A DNA stretch of 64,000 nucleotides from Octopus vulgaris. Taxonomy: Eukaryota. The position numbers and the translations under genes were made by a program. Below, piece by piece: positions 26,359 through 38,189 of this stretch (positions are counted from its first letter, which is position 1; every line of letters starts with the position of its first letter). Under the pieces are notes generated by a model. It made no database searches and was not told the origin of the DNA. It saw only the letters and a list, made by a program, of their open reading frames with translations. The DNA is taken from positions 7,440,001 through 7,504,000 of the forward strand of contig OX597827.1 of assembly GCA_951406725.2 (NCBI GenBank), written 5' to 3'.

Positions 26359-26670
26359 AGAGAGAGAGAGAGAAATAGATAGACGGAGAGAGAGATGCAG
26401 ATATACACCCACCCACACACATATATTGTTTGTATTTATTGTATGTACAGATATACAAGAAACCCTTTAACTTTAAAAAATAATCTCCCTCCAAACTCGG
26501 AAGAGTCGTTTTACACTTGCGGTATAAAATATAAACATTAACTCTTATAGCTTGCAGTAAGTTGTCATGAATGGTGGGTGAAAAGGGCGGAGGAAGTAAC
26601 AATTGTCTTGGTAACCACTAATATATCTTAGATGCCAAATCCTTTTAAACACCAACACACACACACATAC

Positions 26671-26710
<40 letters not shown>

Positions 26711-26808
26711 ACAAAGGGTAACATTAATTAATTAAGAAGTAATCAATAATTTCACCAAGTAGAATTCGGCATGAGAAAAGGACCATTTCACGGTAAACTT
26801 AAGTAATA

Positions 26809-26893
26809 CTTAATAATTAGTTCAGCAAAGATTTGCTTTACCACATACTTCGGTATATGGTAAAGCAAATCTTTGCTGAACCCTAATTATTAA

Positions 26894-26894
<1 letters not shown>
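26809..26894 (+). other. ~39-bp stem hairpin capped by C(TTCG)G, in a TA-flanked insert (26705-26895)
   Basis: GTTCAGCAAAGATTTGCTTTACCA pairs perfectly with TGGTAAAGCAAATCTTTGCTGAAC. Confidence 0.9.
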
Positions 26895-26964
<70 letters not shown>

Positions 26965-27300
26965 ATCGAAATCGAACCAAATACGACAACTGGCACCCAT
27001 GCCAACCTTCCTTCATTGAACACTAAACTCTGCTTGCAAAGACCATGTTGGAGCAAGTGAAATCAAAATTGAACCAAATTCGATGTCTGGTACCTGTGCC
27101 AGTGGAGCACTAACAGCTCCATCTGAGTGGGATCACTGCCAGAGCAGCTGTCTGGCTTCCGTGCCAGTGGCATGTAAAAAGCACCATTCAAGCATTTGAC
27201 ACTTGTGCCGGTGGGTGGCACGTGAAAAAAAGATTCAAGCGAGGAGATCGTTGCCAGTGCCACTGAACTAACTCCTGTGCAGGTGACACATAAAAGGACA
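26965..27300 (+). mobile_element. Family C 5' portion
   Basis: GGCACCCATGCCAACC...GCTTGCAAAGACCATGTTGGAGCAAG matches the far end of the 63049-63472 copy; GTGGCACGT units follow. Confidence 0.7.
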
Positions 27301-27868
27301 ATTACAATTGATACACTGGTGTCAGTATATCAATTTGCATTACTCATCCCTGCACTAATTTTAGGTAGGTTTGGCTGAATTGTCGAAGCATTTATAAATT
27401 TACCTTGTGGTTCTAATCCCATAACTTTCCATTCTTAGTTTTTAATCCTGACTAGATCAACTTTCCTTTTCATCATTCTGCCTTTGATAAAATAAAGAAT
27501 CAGTCAAGCATAGAGACTGAGTGGCTGGGTGGGGGTCAGTATAACTGACTATTTCACTTCTACTCCCACCATCATCACCATCACTATCATCACCATTATC
27601 CCCCTACATTACCAACACCACCACCACCACCAACATTATCACTATCATCATCATTGACAGACAAACACGATGCTTTCCAGTATTTGTTCCAGCAGTCTGT
27701 GTTCCAAGTTCAAATACTGTCAAGGTGAACTTTGCCTTTTATCCTTTCTGGGTTAGTTGCTAAAATATAAAAAAACAGGGTTATTCAATAGACTTACTCC
27801 TCCTCAACAAAAATTCAGGCCATGAACATATATTTGAAACAATTATTATTATTATTATTATTATTATT

Positions 27869-28667
27869 CTATGTTTGACTTTTGCTTTATGTCTGTACAA
27901 GCTGGCTCCAAGTCTCACCCAGAGACCTCAAGAGACAACAGGTTGGAAGTTCACGTTGTTGTTATGCCTAGTGTGCCATATATTTGGGGGTTTTTTTTTT
28001 GGTGAATGTCTAATACATAAATTTAAAAAAAAAAAAGTTTGTTTTAAACCTTGGGATTACATAGAGAGTATTTTGCATAGGATATGAGCAGTTCCCATGA
28101 GCACTATCTTTTGAATTTCTGCCATTTTGAGGTTTCCTGGTATCTGAGTTAGGTAGCAATCAGCCCCTTTCGCTATCATTCCTAGGGCGCCTATGACAAC
28201 AGGTATTGTTTTAGTCTTCAGGTTCCACATTTTGCTGATTTCTATTTCAAGATCTTTATATTTGCTCAGTTTTTGGTAGGTCTTGACAGATACATTTATA
28301 TCGATTGGGACAGTCATATCAATGAGGAGGCATGTTCTTTGTCTGAAGTCTTTCAATATGATGTCTGGCCTATTTGCATCTATCTTTCTGTCAGTTTGAA
28401 TGGTGAAGTTCCAGAGGAGTGAGATGTGTTCATTTTCAAGCACTGGTGGAGGATTGTGTTCCCACCAGTTTTTTTCCTGGGGCAAATCCAGATTTTTGCA
28501 AATTGCCCAGTGAATATATTGTGCAGCTCTATCATGCCTGTTGAGGTACTCTGTAGGCGCTAGAAGACTGCATTTGGAGACAACATGATCAATGGTTTCA
28601 TTTTGTTGTCGACATACATGACATGTTGGGCTACTGCCATTCTTTAATATGTTGGCCTGGTAGTTTC

Positions 28668-28670
<3 letters not shown>
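27869..28670 (-). mobile_element. 5'-truncated R4/Dong-type non-LTR retrotransposon with open CCHC + RLE frame, inserted in (TAA)n
   Basis: CHVCRQQNETIDHVVSKC (CCHC), RHD, RPDII...LIDMTVP...KLSKYKDL, IPVVIGALG; (ATT)n abuts both ends. Confidence 0.92.
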
Positions 28671-28719
<49 letters not shown>

Positions 28720-29031
28720 AAATATGATGGACTCACCAGTCGAAGACCTCATGAGTGTTCAGCTTTTGCCAAATGACCTGCACAAATGATTCGTTTATAG
28801 TGATCAAATGTTCGTGCCACACATTAGCTCACCTGTCCCTCCATCAAACTGACATTACCTGAACAGGTGCACAGTCTACAATCAGCTGTCAAAGTGATTG
28901 CAGAGCAATGTGTGATGAAGTGTTTTACTCAGGAACGCAATGCACCACCCAGTCTGGGAATTGAAACCATGATCTCATGATCATGAGTGCAACACCCTAA
29001 CCACTAGGCCATGTGCTCTCAAAAAGTATGT

Positions 29032-29428
29032 TTTACTCATTTACTTGTTTCAGTCATTTGATTGCGGCCATGCTGGAGCACCACCTTTAATCGAGCAACT
29101 CGACCCCGGGACTTATTCTTTAGTAAGCCCAGTACTTATTCTATCGGTCTCTTTTGCCGAACCGCTAAGTAACGGGGACGTAAACACACCAGCATCAGTT
29201 GTCAAGCAATGCTTGAGGGAAAAACACACACACAAACATACACGCACACACATATATATATACATATATACGACGGGCTTCTTTCAGTTTCCGCCTACCA
29301 AATCCACTCACAAGGCATTGGTCGGCCCGGGGCTATAGCAGAAGACACTTGCCCAAGGTGCCACGCAGTGGGACTGAACCTGGAACCATGTGGTTGGTTA
29401 GCAAGCTACTTACCACACAGCCACTCCT
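29032..29428 (-). mobile_element. SINE family A
   Basis: Full-length match. Confidence 0.92.
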
Positions 29429-29659
29429 TATTGTTGTTGTGGTTGATGTTTTTGCTATGACTAGCATTCTGCGAAGCCATGCTAGCTTCACCTTTGCAAG
29501 ATTTGTAAACAAATCCTGTTTTAAATTATGGAAAGTCTTGCAATCATTTTAAAATTTTGTACCATTGTCAAAAGGAAGTGATCAGCAGAAAGGTGGTGGT
29601 GAGTCCATTTTGTGTTTAGTTTCCCAAGATTTTGAAGGTACTTGTTGATTTGATTTTAG

Positions 29660-30489
29660 TTTAGATTCAAAATTTTGTGTTTTTAACTCCATGGAGAAAG
29701 CCTCAGATGGTTCAGTCACGCTTGTTAATGAGAGGGATGGGGGAGGGCAGAGTGAAGAGAGTTACCAAAGAGCAATGGAAGAAGGTGAGAGCGGAATGCA
29801 CAGTGTCACTGTGAAAACAGATGAGAGCATAAGGTGCAACAACAACAACAGCAACAACAACATTGAAAAACAAACAGCAGAAAAATGTTCAAAATTGTTT
29901 TCAAAGAATACAATGAAGCTGCCACCACCGCCACCACCACCACCACCACCACCACCGCCGCCGCCGCCACCGCCGCTGCCGCTGACACCACCATCACCAC
30001 CGCAACCACCACCACTACCGCCACCACTACCGCCACCACTACCGCCACCACTACCACCACCACCACCACCACCACCACCACCACCACTACTACTACTACC
30101 ACCACTACCACCACCACCACCACCACCACTACTACTACTACCACCACTACCCCCACCCCTACCCCCACCTCCACCACCACCACTACTACTACCACCACCA
30201 CCACCACCGCCGCCGCTGCCGCCACCACCATCACCACCACTTACAACAAAAAACAACAATATTAACATGAACAACAACAAGCAAAACATGGAAGAGATTA
30301 ATGAACATACCACCATCAACAACAACATTATCTCCACCACCATCACCATCACCATAACAACAACAATAACAATAACTCCATCACTACCATTGCTACTGCC
30401 TACAACAGCAACAACAAAAATAACTACAACAGCAGCAACAATATTTCAAAATCTAATGAGGCAAGATCTTTTGTTAAAATCTGCAAATG
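29660..30489 (+). CDS. Candidate internal exon encoding a low-complexity proline-rich segment (unverified)
   Basis: Frame open 29649-30497 with non-repetitive flanks; TTTTAG acceptor at 29654-29659; G|GTGAGT donor at 30490, just before the stop. No recognisable domain. Confidence 0.3.
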
Positions 30490-30780
30490 GTGAGTAGAAG
30501 AACCTACACTTGACAGGGATTTTGGAAACATTATAAACACTGCCCAGTCAAACCATCCCTACTTTTGTAATTCCACCTGATGAGAAAGCTGGAACATCAA
30601 GGAAAATGCTAATATACAAATGCCTTAATCACAAAACAGGAATAGAGAATCAAAACCAAGAACAGGCAGAAGAAATGCCTAAAAGATGTCTGGGCCTTGG
30701 TATGGCTTATGAGAAAAGGAAAGTGTTTGGTATGAGCATTTGACCACTATAAACAAATCATTATTAATGAGTCCATCTCG

Positions 30781-31007
30781 AAATGCTTAGCAGTATTTCG
30801 TCTGCTGTTACGTTCTGAGGTCAAATTCTGCCGAGGTCGACTTTGCCTTTCATCCTTTCGAGGTCAATAAATAAAGTACCAGTTTCGCACTGGGATCGAT
30901 GTAATCAACTTAATCCCTTTGTCTGTCCTTGTTTGTCCCCTCTATGTTTAGCCCCTTGTGGGCAATAAAGAAACATATTACTATTATTATCATCATTATC
31001 ATCATCA

Positions 31008-31057
<50 letters not shown>

Positions 31058-31263
31058 AATAGCTGGCAGAATCGTTAGCACGCTGGACAAAATGCTTAGC
31101 AGTATTTCACCTGTCGCTACATTCTGAGTTCAAATTCCGCCAAGGTCAACTTTGCCTTTCATCCTTTCGGGGTCATTAAATTAAGTACTAATGAAACACT
31201 GGAGTCGATGTAATCAACTAGTCCCCCTCCCAACAAATTTGATGCCTTGTGCCTCCAGTAGAA
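30781..31263 (+). mobile_element. Two family B SINEs separated by (ATT)n
   Basis: GGTCGACTTTGCCTTTCATCCTTTCG core occurs twice (second copy GGTCAAC...). Confidence 0.85.
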
Positions 31264-31304
<41 letters not shown>

Positions 31305-31386
31305 AACCACCATCACCACCACCACCACCACCACCATCACCACTACTACTACTACTACTATTATTATTATCATTATTATTATTATT

Positions 31387-31657
31387 CGGAGACCCCCTTT
31401 GGTCACGACACAGACCATGGGATTGCACCTAAAAAGTTACCCTCCTAGACAAAAGTCCGGGCGAGGTTGTTTATGGAAGGCCAACAGTCGCCCATGCATA
31501 CCAGCCTCCCCTCTCCACGCCACCAGTGTTATCCAAAGGAAAGGCAAAGGCTGATACAACTTGGCACCAGTGATGTCACAACTCATTTCTACAGCTGAGT
31601 GAACTGGAGCAACGTGAAATAAAGTGCCTTGCTCAAGAACACAACACACAGCCTGGT
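31387..31657 (-). mobile_element. SINE family F
   Basis: Matches 11126-11430. Confidence 0.85.
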
Positions 31658-32209
31658 CTTCTGATATGTCATTACTTGCAAGTGCATGCAAACTTACAAG
31701 AAATTTATCTTCTATATATTTCTAACGTCTGTTTCTATCAAGAGGTTACATAGAAGCTGCTGCTGCTGCTACTATTGTTGTTGCTGTTATGAGAGGTATC
31801 AGAGTTTCTCTGATTGGTTCTAATAGCTTTTGTCAGCCGAGCTTTGTTTTTAATAGGTCAAAATACTTTTCTTTGTTTCTTTTTTTTTTTGGCTCTTTTA
31901 AATTTATATCATTTCTAGACTTGTAAAATTCTAAAAACTGTAGACCCAAAAAAATTTATTTTTCTTTCTATCATTTATTATGATTTTGATTTCTTTCTAA
32001 TTATTATTGTTGCTGCTGTTGTTATAGTTGTTGTTGACATTGTCGTGGTTATTTTTATACATACTACTTTTTATAGTATTTCTCATACTAAAGTAATATT
32101 AATTCGAGATGGCTTTTATTCATTTATTTATCTATTTATCTATTTATTTATTTAATTTGTAATGAAAATTACCATTTTAATTTGTTTGCCTTATTTATTC
32201 ATTTATTTA

Positions 32210-32251
32210 TTTATTACTATTATTATTATTATTATTATTATTACTATTATT

Positions 32252-32298
<47 letters not shown>

Positions 32299-32362
32299 TA
32301 TTATCATCATTATCATTATCATTATTATTATTATCATCATTATTATTATTATTATTATTACT

Positions 32363-32394
<32 letters not shown>

Positions 32395-32398
32395 TATC

Positions 32399-32469
<71 letters not shown>

Positions 32470-32494
32470 CATTATTATGATCATTATTATTATT

Positions 32495-32565
<71 letters not shown>

Positions 32566-32878
32566 CAATTTATTTTTTCTGTTAGCTTCCAGAGGCCGCT
32601 AATATTATTCTAAGAAGGTTGATGGCAATAAGTGATCCATTTGTTGTTGTTGTTGTTCTTGTTTTCTGCTTTAGTTTTAGATGACAATGATGTTCCTATT
32701 AATTCTGCAGCCAGTGTTATTTTATTTCATTTCAAATCAGTTTCGAATTTGATTATGAGGGCAAAAACACTGGATAACGATGATGACAACGATGACAACA
32801 ACAACGGCAACGAAGATGACAATGACGATGACAAAGACAACGACCACAACAATGACGATGATGGCAACAATGGTGGTA

Positions 32879-32909
<31 letters not shown>

Positions 32910-33107
32910 CGACAACGACTATGATGTCAATGGTGGTGGCAGTGGTGGTGAGGATGGTAGTGGTTATCCTCATGATGCTGCGGCTACTGCAGATTCTACT
33001 TCTGCTACTGTTGATGATGATGATGATGATGTTGACGACGACGACAATGACGACGACGACGACGATGATGATGATGATGATGATGATGATAGTGATGATA
33101 GTGATAG

Positions 33108-33154
<47 letters not shown>

Positions 33155-33175
33155 GTGATAGTGATGATGATGATA

Positions 33176-33211
<36 letters not shown>

Positions 33212-33321
33212 GTGATAGTGATGATGATGATGATAGTGATGATAGTGATAGTGATGATGATGATGATCGTGAGAGTGATGATGATGATAGTGATGATGAT
33301 GATGATGATGATGATGATGAC

Positions 33322-33364
<43 letters not shown>

Positions 33365-33440
33365 TCGATGATGATGATAATGATGATGATGATGATGATG
33401 AAAGTTATGCTGATGACGATGGCAATGAAGATGATGAGGA
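32210..33440. repeat. (ATT/ATC)n and (GAT/GAC)n microsatellite blocks
   Basis: Directly visible. Confidence 0.93.
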
Positions 33441-34135
33441 TAGGGTTTTGGGGGGGTCCAAGTGAACACATAGTACCTCTATAGTATCCCCCCTTGACAT
33501 TTGTTATCCTTTCTTTTATTTTAGCTCACAACATCCAATTCCAGGTTGCTAGGTGAATAACTTAGCCTTCATTTTTATGTTGGCAATGAACAGGTCCCAC
33601 ATCCTGGTGACACTGAAACTTCCCACTCCAAAATTCTTCTTGGTGGTTAGGCGTATGCTGAAGATACCTCAAAGCCATACATAATTGTACTAATAATAAT
33701 TCAAAGGAGTAAAAACATTGACAGAAAATTATTCTAAATCTGAAAATCTTGCATGAAAATTGACCAGGAACACATTGTGAATTTGTTGTGCTGTGGCTCG
33801 TGAAAACTGTTGTCCGACTCCCAGCAAAATTTCCAAAGAAAAAGGCTTCTATAAATGTTTTTGTCACACGATTTCAAAAGAAAAATTAGCAGCCATGTGG
33901 TAAGAAGTTTGCTTCCCAACCACATGTTCCTGGTTCAATCCCACTGTGTGACACCTTGGGCAAGTGTCTTCTACTATAGCTTCAGGCCAACCAAAGCCTT
34001 GTGAGTAGATTTGTTAGATGTAAAGTAAAAGAAGCCCATCATATGCATATATATATATATATATATATATATAGATAGATAGATAGATATAGATTTATAT
34101 ACATACATACATTTTTATATATATGTATATCAGGG

Positions 34136-34207
34136 TCTCACTGAAGAATTCTCCCTGAGCAAATAAATTATCTTTATTGCTGAAAAGAAAGAAACTGCAG
34201 TCTGAGA
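34136..34207 (+). ncRNA. Type-I hammerhead ribozyme with intact catalytic core (PLE type)
   Basis: UCUCA-CUGAAGA-[extended stem II]-GAAA-CUGCAG-UC^-UGAGA: stem I UCUCA/UGAGA, palindromic stem III ACUGCAGU, GUC cleavage triplet ending at 34202. Confidence 0.8.
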
Positions 34208-34372
34208 ATTACCGGTTTAGTAAATGTTTTTATCTTCATTTCACTTAATTTATCAAGCTTCTGTATTCCTAGCACATATTTCGCCTTAATGTACTGATAT
34301 ATGAAAAATATATGGCTTGTGTTAGTAATACCAGCGATTATAATTATTTTTATTTTATCGCAATTTTGATTT

Positions 34373-34412
<40 letters not shown>

Positions 34413-34464
34413 TTATGTATGCATGTATGTATGCATAGGGTGTTGAAGTGGTGTACAAATATTG

Positions 34465-34647
34465 TATATTGAGAAAATGGAGGCAGCCAGAATTTTGGAT
34501 AATACTTTAGCAGCACTTTCGTTCGTTTATCGAACTTATCAAGACAAAATCAATCATTTTGAAATTGTTTTGACAAGTTCAATAAATGAATGAAAGCATT
34601 AATAAAGAGTTATCCAAAATTCTGGCCGCCTCCTTTTTCTCAATATA
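34465..34647. mobile_element. 183-bp fold-back element with a hammerhead-like motif in each arm
   Basis: TATATTGAGAAAATGGAGGCAGCCAGAATTTTGGATAA / TTATCCAAAATTCTGGCCGCCTCCTTTTTCTCAATATA; arms carry UUGAYAA-GUUCR-AUAAA-YGAAY-GAAA. Confidence 0.75.
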
Positions 34648-34984
34648 TATCTATGTATATATATGTGTATCTATATCTGTCTATCTATCTATCTATCTAT
34701 ACATACATACATTTAGGCTCTGACTGAGCTGGCACATGATCAAAGCCATTCCAGACATGACCATTTCATCTTTATTCAAGCATGACTATCAAGGACTACA
34801 TTATGTTTCCTCTGCTGTTTCTTTTTTTTAAGACATTAAACCGTGACATGGCTGCCTTTTCTAGCAGGTCAAGCAGACACCTAGAGATTTCCACAATGAT
34901 TTTTTCAATGACCATGTGAATTCTTGTTATCTGATACTTCTAAGTTGTATAGTACATTTTTTTCTTTTTTTTTTTTTACTTCAT

Positions 34985-35222
34985 CCACCATTCCGATCGT
35001 GGCCGTTGCTAGCCTCGTCTGACACCTGTGCCGGTGGCACGTAAAAAGCACCTACTACACTCACGGAGTTGTTGGCATTAGGAAGGGCATCCAGCTGTAG
35101 AAACACTGCCAGATCAGACTGGAGCCTGGTGCAGCCTTTCTGGCTTCCCAGATCCCCAGTCGAACCGTCCAACCCATGCTAGCATGGAAAGTGGACGTTA
35201 AACGATGATGATGATGATGATA
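34985..35222 (+). mobile_element. Family C, 3' part
   Basis: AGGAAGGGCATCCAGCTGTAGAAAC ... GGACGTTAAACGATGATG tail. Confidence 0.87.
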
Positions 35223-35277
35223 ATGATATATTATATACGAAAGAAGGTTTGGAAATGCAATTTTAAAAGATGTTTAT

Positions 35278-35322
35278 TTACTTTACCGGTTTCACTCTTT
35301 GGAAAAAGATTGTCAAAAGTAA
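35278..35322 (-). ncRNA. Minimal type-I hammerhead ribozyme, U3-A8 core variant
   Basis: UUACUU-UUGACAA-UCUUU(UUCC)AAAGA-GU-GAAA-CCGG-UA^-AAGUAA: 6-bp stem I, palindromic ACCGGU stem III, GUA triplet. Confidence 0.75.
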
Positions 35323-36292
35323 CATGTAGAAGTTTGGTTGCGCTAATTATTGGTTGTTACAAAACGCTACTTTACATATATTCAGTTTTTGGTAACAAGG
35401 ACATGTTAAGGACATAAAAAAGTTTAACAAGTTCCTTAAAATATTGGGCACAAAAGATTACTACATAAATATACATTCTCAAGAAAATGTTAAAGATAGT
35501 TTCCAGAAGGAATTATTAAAAAGTTCAGTGGGATATTGGTATTGTATCTGTATATTCAAACACGCACAGAATATGTATACATATATACATACATATATAC
35601 ATACACACACACACATACACATATTTAATATATATATATGTATACATCACCATCATCATCATTTAACGTCTATTTTCCATGTTGAAATGGGTTGGACAGT
35701 TTGACAGAAACTAGCAAACCAGAGGACTGGACCAGGCTTCACTGTCTGTTTTGGCATGTTTTTTTATGACTTGATACCCTTCTTAACACCAAACGCCTTA
35801 CAAACTGGAATGGCTGCATTTGATGTGACACCAGCACTAGTGAGGTCTGGTTTGGCATAGTTTTTATAGCTGGATGCCCTTCCAAATGCCAACCAGTGTG
35901 CCAGTGTGGACTGTATGCTTTTTACGTGACACCAGCACTCATGGGGTCAAAAAGTAACTTGTAAGACAAAAATCCTTTGACAGGGTGGGCATTGGATGAG
36001 GTGGCTTTGTGCCACTTATGCATGTGTGTGTCTCTATTTGTCCCCAAGCACCACTTGGCAACTGGTGTTGGTGTGTTTACATCCCTGTAACTGTGTGGTT
36101 CAGTGAAAGAGACTGATAGAATAAGTACCTTGCTTAAAAAAGGTACTGGGGGCAATTCATTTGCCTAAAATTTCTCAACATAGTACCCCAGCATGGCCAC
36201 AGTCTGATGACTGAAATGATTAAAGAAAAATACAATTTATTATAATGCCTCAAAATCTGTTCTGCCTCTTCTGACTGATGAGTACAAATAAC

Positions 36293-36528
36293 AACAAGAG
36301 CACTCAGAGAGCACAAACCTCCGCCAAGGCAACACCAACGTCCTCTCAACTATTAGCCAGAGATGATTTTTAAAATGAGAATATCTGAAATAAACTTGAC
36401 TGCTCTCACAAACAAGAATACTAAAAACGAATCTGACTACTCCCAAAAATTAAGTAGAAAAACAGGAAAAATAATCCAGAATCTTTGTCCGGTACAGGAT
36501 TGATCCCAGAATCTAATTAGTTCCTGTG
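36293..36528 (-). mobile_element. Helentron-like non-autonomous element (partial)
   Basis: AACAAGAGCACTCAGAGAGCACAAACCTCCGCCAAGGC terminus (short palindrome plus subTIR); homologous to 52373-53060. Confidence 0.7.
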
Positions 36529-36535
36529 AATTTAT

Positions 36536-36840
36536 GGAAGCACTCCGTCGGTTACGACGACGAGGGTTCCAGTTGATCCAATCAACAGAACAGCCTGCTC
36601 ATGAAATTAACGTGTAAGTGGCTGAGCACTCCACAGACACGTGTACCCTTAACGTAGTTCTTGGGGATATTCAGCGTGACACAGAGAGTGAAAAGGCCGG
36701 CCCTTTGAAATACAGGTACAACAGAAACAGGAAGTAAGAGTGAGAGAAAGTTGTGGTGAAAGAGTACAGCAGGGATCACCACCATCCCCTGCCGGAGCCT
36801 CATGGAGCTTTAGGTGTTTTGGCTCAATAAACACTCATGC
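36536..36840 (-). mobile_element. SINE family D (5' truncated)
   Basis: Reverse complement of the 12074-12460 body. Confidence 0.9.
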
Positions 36841-36866
36841 GAATTGCCAGTGTTGTGTATGCCCGC

Positions 36867-36958
<92 letters not shown>

Positions 36959-37443
36959 AGATAGATATATATATATATATATATATATATTGAAGATATT
37001 TCATCCGGCTGGTTGCTTTTCTTTCTACAAAATGAGAAGTTACATTGCAGAACTGTTATTTTAATGAGTTGTACATATTCATCACCTGCCGAGATACATT
37101 TGTACCACCACATTCATTCTACGTACAAATTGGTTCGTTTTCTCCAAAAGATCACATATATAATCCTTCCTACTGGATGGTATAGGTATGTCCTTTAGCA
37201 AAACATCCAGTGTTATTTTATTCATCATCATCTTGGTATGCTACCATAGAGCAACTTTCTCCTGGAAATTGGAAATTGGTTGTGGTTATCGGATAATAAA
37301 ATTAAATGTTTACAACTGGTAGCTTATGTGTATATATATAATTTTTTGGACTAATGGGTATATGTCAATTAGTATGAGAAGTAAAGCACATTCACAGTTT
37401 GGGCTATATATATGTATGTATACATATATATATATACATACAG

Positions 37444-37478
<35 letters not shown>

Positions 37479-37577
37479 CATATATATACATACACACGCA
37501 CACACATATATATATATACATACATGTCTGTGTGTGTGAGGGTATATGTATGTATGTGTGAGTAGGGGTGTATATAT

Positions 37578-37921
37578 GCATGGTTCGAGGTTCAGTCCCA
37601 CTGCATGGTACCTTGGGCAAGTGTCTTCTACTATAGCCTCGGGCTGACCAAAGCCTTGTGAGTGGATTTGGTAGACGGAAACTGAAAGAAGCCCATCGTA
37701 CATATATATATATATATTTGTGTGTGTGTGTGTGTGTGATTTTGGCCACCTGCCACTGCTTGACAACCGGTATAGGTGTGCTCATATCCCCGAAACCTAG
37801 CAGTTCAGCAAAGGAGACTGACAGAATAAGTATTAGACTTATAAAGAATAAGTCCTGGGGTCGATTTGTTCGACTAGAATGGCTGCATTCAAATGACTGA
37901 AACAAATAAAAGAGTAAAAGA
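37578..37921 (+). mobile_element. SINE family A (diverged, 5' truncated)
   Basis: Match from the B box to the tail. Confidence 0.85.
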
Positions 37922-37948
37922 ATACAAACACACACATATTCATATATA

Positions 37949-37999
<51 letters not shown>

Positions 38000-38189
38000 G
38001 TACAAAAATAATTCTTTCACTGAATAATTTTTGAATTTTATAACGAAGATGGGGTTGCACTGATTAAGGTAATGGTAAAAGAAAATGATGATGAGGGTGA
38101 TGAGACAAAGCAAAGATGGCAGTGAAGGTGATGGTGGGCTTTCATCATTGTAAGTCGTGGTCATCCTGACTGTAGCGACTATAACTCAG

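Noticed and set aside
30577-30612. CTGATGAG possible hammerhead
   Set aside because: No stem II closing onto GAAA and no stem I or III.
32632-33465. Secreted Asp-rich (Aspein-like) biomineralisation protein
   Set aside because: Starts at GTG; the hydrophobic leader comes from a (TTG)n run and the acidic body from a (GAT)n microsatellite that is also open in other frames.
33520-33870. Unique-looking 101-aa ORF
   Set aside because: No recognisable motif in any frame I could read; cannot be supported without a database search.
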